Source of the DNA: the human T2T-CHM13v2.0 reference genome, Homo sapiens
DNA: 64,000 nucleotides
Assembly: GCF_009914755.1 (NCBI RefSeq)
Contig: NC_060937.1
Direction: 5' to 3' (one strand)
Below, in pieces: positions 58,783-64,000 of the stretch; within the stretch, counting starts at the first letter, position 1; every line of letters starts with the position of its first letter. The notes below the pieces were generated by a model that saw nothing but the letters and a program-made list of their open reading frames with translations, was not told the origin of the DNA and did no database searches. The position numbers were made by a program, and so were the translations under genes.

Positions 58783-60533
58783 GACAAGGAGACTTTTGGC
58801 CAATATCACTTGTGCTTAGTGCTGGCTATTCCTACTGCTGTACTTTTCACTTTGTGAAAGTATAAAATTTAAATAATGCCATGCAAATAAAGAATATTAC
58901 TGGAAAATCGTCTCAAAGTAAAACACAGGCACAGGGTGGGTTTTTGCTTGTCCATTCATGATAAGGGGACTATGAGACTGAGCCGCATCCCATTGTTACA
59001 TCACTTTGTAAATTACATCACATCTTAATTGTATGCATAGTCGCAGATTCTGTGTGAACATTTGGTTGATAATTTAATGGAACAATGGTTCTTTGGGAGA
59101 TGCCATTAGAACAAAATACCTGTGATGGAGACAATAATAAAGACTGAGTCAACAGAAGCACCGCCACTGAACTTTCAACTTCCTCAAGAAGTTTGGAAGC
59201 AAGATTGGGTATCAGTGATGGGGGCTTGGGGGATATTAAAAAAGTGATACATCTTTTACTGGAATTTCACAGGTGAGTTCTTTGAAACAACTTTAGACAG
59301 GAATATGCCTCACTAGTGAATAATAACAAAATCTAGGACATAATTATTTATGAAGTTCTCATCCCAGTAGCACCTAAACACTTTAGAGATATTTGATGTA
59401 TGGTCTAGATTCACCCAGAGCTTTCTTGGACTCAGGGTGCATTCATAAATGTAATAAAGGTAAATGTCTAATGGATTTATGGTGGAAAGGAGAGAGAGAG
59501 AGAGAAAGAAAACAGAAACAACGATTCATTCCCAAGGCATCTGCAAATGTTTGATTGTTCCACACTACCCAAATACCAACCTCAGGAGAAATACTTGTAA
59601 TGGAGCATAAGTAAGTGAGATAAAACTTCTTGGCCTCAGAAGGAGATTAGTGCCAGGAAATAAAAGAGTAACTTAGGAGAAGTAAAAATTAGTCATAGTA
59701 GACTCATATCTCTCTTTTGATTTATTTCTTTTTTCTTCCATTTTAATGTTTTTTATTCTGCTGTTTTTCCCCAGAAGTTCTTTTGTTTATATTCAGAAAA
59801 TCCAGATAGCCAGGAATCCTTGGTGCAAATCATTTTCTTTCAAAGAGACTTGTGCAGTTACTGATATTCCTTTCCTAGTCTATTTCACTAAGGCCGAGAC
59901 TATCTATAGAGATGGATTTTCACACAAAATGGATGTTTTAAAAACTTAAAACACAGCTATATTTGGATCTGTGAACTATAAACAGTAGGAAACCTGAAAG
60001 ATTCTAAAACCTGTTATTTCCCTCTTATTATCTCTATTTTACAAAGCTCTGTGTATTCCATCTTCAGAAGCTACCTCCATTCTTCCAGTTCAAGAAAATT
60101 TACCTTAACATATTGCTAAGGCTTTAGATTTTTCTGACTTTACCCCCAGATGTCACCCCAGAAATGATGCATACCACTCAGTACAATTTGCATCATTACA
60201 CAAAAGGGACTCTCCTTGGAAACCTTTTATGCACTTCTAAAACATAATAGTATTAAAAGAAATGTGTTCTTTTTAAGATAACAACCGCTGTTAACTCCCC
60301 CACTAGAGCTTGCTGAAGCATTTGACAATTAACCCAGCTTACTACTGGCTTGAAATGATTTGGCAATGGTTTAACTCTTTTGGGAAATGCTTTTTCCATT
60401 TTTTTTTCCTTTTTAGTGCATTTTAATACATTTAAATTTCATCTCTATTCTTCCTCTACACTTATCCCTTAACACACGACTACATTTTTGGTTATATGTG
60501 TTTGTGGTTATTAAAAACATATAGAATCATTGT

Positions 60534-60898
60534 GTTGTGGGGTGAATTATGTGTCCCAAAATTCATATGTTGAAGCACTAACCTCTAGTACCTGAGAATG
60601 CTACTGTATTTGGAGACAGAGCCTTGAAAAAGGTGATCAAGTTAAAATGAGCCTGTTAGGGTGGGCCCAAATCCAATATCATTGGTGTCCTTATAAGAAG
60701 AGCATATTTGGACATACAGAGACATACTAAGGATGCATGTGCACATGTGAGGGCACAGGAAGTAGGCGGCCATCTGCCAGCCACAGAGACCACTCCTGTT
60801 AGCACCTTAACCCCCAGAACTGTGAGAAAATCAGTTTCTGTCGTTTAAGCCACCCAGTCTACAGTATTCTATTATGGCAGCCCTAGCAGACTAATACA
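60534..60898 (+). mobile_element. MLT1B-like MaLR LTR
   Basis: TGTTGTGGGGTGAATTATGTG.CCCAAAATTCATATGTTGAAG...GTTTAAGCCACCCAGTC...GCAGCCCTAGCAGACTAATACA. Confidence 0.82.
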
Positions 60899-61070
60899 CC
60901 TAGATTCTCTCTGCTGCATCCCATCCACGGAGTCGTTTCAGCCTTCACTTGAATAGTTAGTGGGGCCACTCCCCACTATTTCACTTAGGGCAGTCCTTTG
61001 CACAAGCATTTCCTTCTGTTCTGAGTTACTAGGATTTCCCACAGTAATTCCACTGCCTGAAATGACATCA

Positions 61071-61463
<393 letters not shown>

Positions 61464-64000
61464 TCAATAAGTTGATTACAAATGTCCCTAAATGACTGAA
61501 TGTCCAGGCAGTGCCTCCGAACTCTGTTGCACTGTCCACATACACTTAATTGCTAAACCCAGATTCTTCTGCCTCCATCACAAGATTCAAGACTTGCTGT
61601 TCCCTTCCTATTCTCTTAGTCAATGTGGTCTTAACTGTCATCTTGCTGGTTTTTCTGCCTCTAACTTTCGGTAGTTCCTACTAAAAAGAGATAGTCTTAT
61701 GAACACTGGAGGGGTAGAACATGCTGTGGCTGATCACCCACTTTTCACCATCCTATTTTTATTTGATGAGATTGAACTACACTGAACAACAAAGCATGCC
61801 TTTTAAAAGAAGGAAAAAGACACCCAGAGGCAGTAGAGATGCTCCATATGAGGAACACAAACTCTTTGCCTTGTATATACTGTGTGTTGCACCAGCTTCC
61901 TAACAAGGGTCCATGTTTCTGTCCTTGTACCACTACAATCCACTGAAATCCGAGTAGCCCAAGGATGATTTTAAATTCTAAATCATATCCACACAGGCCC
62001 CCCCCCACCCACCCCGCCAACCCACTCCCTTGGCTTTCCATCTCACTCAGGGTAAAACCTGAGTCCTCACGATGGCCTGTTAGGGTTTCATGCCTGGGCT
62101 CCCTGTGATGTCTCTGACACCTACCACTGACTTGGGCTCTGCTGTCATCAAACATTGCTGACTTCCTCACTGTGGCCTTTTCTCCTGTTATTCCTTCAGC
62201 TTGGAATTCTTTTCCATCAGCTATCTGTCAGAACCTTGCTCAAATGACATTCTTCCTTTTTTCAGCCTCTCCCAATCCCACCAATAATAAAAATATTGAT
62301 GACAATAACAGTAGTAATAGCAATAAAAACATGGTCTTTTCTACCTTTGTTTACAGTTTTTGTCAAGGGTCTCTCCACTCAGTTCTCTGGGAAGAGGCAC
62401 AATTTAAACAGCGTAAGTGCCAAAGATGAGGATGTAGATGTTCTCTACTGTCTCACAGGTACCACCCTGGGAACTCACATGCTAAAAAGTAATGTCAAGG
62501 ATACTGACCAATATTGTGGTACTCATTTGCAAAGCTAGCTTTAATTAGATTTTTTTAAAAACTTATATTTGCAAGATTAATATAAAGTAGTGAGTGAATT
62601 AATACAATTGTATTGCTTGATGTCCATTTCTTTTCTTCCTGCATCTAGGTCGAAAATTTAATTCCTAGCTTTGTGGTTTCTTCCTAAAAAATGGTCATTT
62701 GTATTCCAGAATCAACCTCTCCTCACCGATCAAGTCCTCAGGGGACATCTGAAATAATCCTAATGGAGGGTGCTGTCAGCCGCCGCTGCACCTGCTAAAT
62801 GTCTTGAGATCCGCAAAGGCTCACCTGAATGCTTTGCACAGTTGCCTCTGAGGAACATGTGTCTTGCCTCATTTGCACTTCTTTGGACATTTAATTGCAG
62901 TATGCATCACACTCCACTGCAAGTATTTCTTTAGCTGTCTGCCTGAATTCATATCCTCTGAGCTCTTTAAGGACAGGATCTTTAGTAATCATGCTGAAAA
63001 ATCCAAACAGTTCACAAGCAGAAAGTTCCGCATGCCCCTAATCCTTCACTTCTACTTCCAGAAAGGTCCCCTGTTAAATCTCTGAAATACCTTCCTGAAT
63101 TTCCCTATGTATAAACAAGCATGTATCTATACATAGCAGGCGTGATTATTTTCAGGACCTCACATTCAGGAGTGGAAAATGTAACTTTTTAAAAATAACA
63201 TTTTAATCTCTATTTTGAGCACCAGTTCTGTCAAGAAGCAGAACACGTTATGTTTGTCAACTCAGAGGAAACTCAGGCATTTCAGGAGTTTGCAGTCGCT
63301 GGAGGAGCTTCCTCTCTGTTCTTCCGCCCTGGATTATTGTCATTCTTGCTGTTGTTCTAGATTCTGGGGGTGGGGCGTTGTGGAGGTGGCCAGCTATCGG
63401 TCAGATCTAAACACACTAGCATCTACTTTGGTGCCCACTGCCCACATCTGGCTCTGGGCTACTGCTGTCCATTCGCCCTCCACCGTGGCATCAGGTATAG
63501 ACCAGGTGGCTGAAGCTGCATCTGCTAATGGGGTTGCCTAATGCCGACCCAGAGCTTCCAGCTGGCTGTGGATTCTTTCCATGAAACCGGAGTCTGCTTC
63601 CTGGACCCCAGCCAGTGAAGGTGCCCCAGGCCCATCGGCCTGGCACACCTTCTACCTCTCTCTCTATGCTCCTGTGTCACGACAGCAAAGAGAACGTCCT
63701 TGTTCTCTTGCTCCCCTACCTTCTCTGCGGCCAGCCCAAGGTGGGCGGGGCTCTGGTCCTCTGCACGATGTTACTCCCACCAGCTCTCCTCTGTCCCCTG
63801 CTCCCTTCTCTCCTGGAGTATTTTTATCTCCTCTAAAGCAGGAAAACTGGCTCTTGGATCAACAGTCATTCTTTCCAACGCTATTTGTTTAACCCATTGT
63901 CTCTGCCAGTAGTTTCAAAAGTCTATTTTGAAATTAAAAAGCTGAGAATTAATTCTTTTATTCTCTGTTCAGTTGTGGCCCTGCTTCCCTGAGGCCCAGA

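Overview
Human genomic DNA: an AluYb8 insertion points to human, and the protein sequence matches VWA8, which from recall lies on 13q14. The window holds the 5' end of VWA8 (KIAA0564/P7BP2, a dynein-type AAA+ ATPase with a VWA domain) on the minus strand. Coding exon 1 (12271-12109) lies in a CpG-island promoter, followed by a ~10.8 kb intron and coding exon 2 (1269-1192). The promoter is probably bidirectional, since a head-to-head lncRNA (VWA8-AS1) is known at this locus. The remaining ~51 kb is intergenic or lncRNA territory dominated by Alu, L1, L2, L3, MIR, MaLR/ERVL/ERV1 LTRs and DNA-transposon fossils, plus one RPS28 processed pseudogene (~54965-55290). Almost all ORFs in the supplied track are repeat-derived or GC-rich shadows. 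I found no convincing novel biological system. The best leads are possible alternative N-termini of VWA8 affecting targeting, an in-frame candidate cassette exon, an antisense-oriented MER57 LTR in intron 1, a recent ~200 bp templated local duplication, and a possibly polymorphic AluYb8. Repeat subfamily calls and many repeat boundaries are by eye and approximate.
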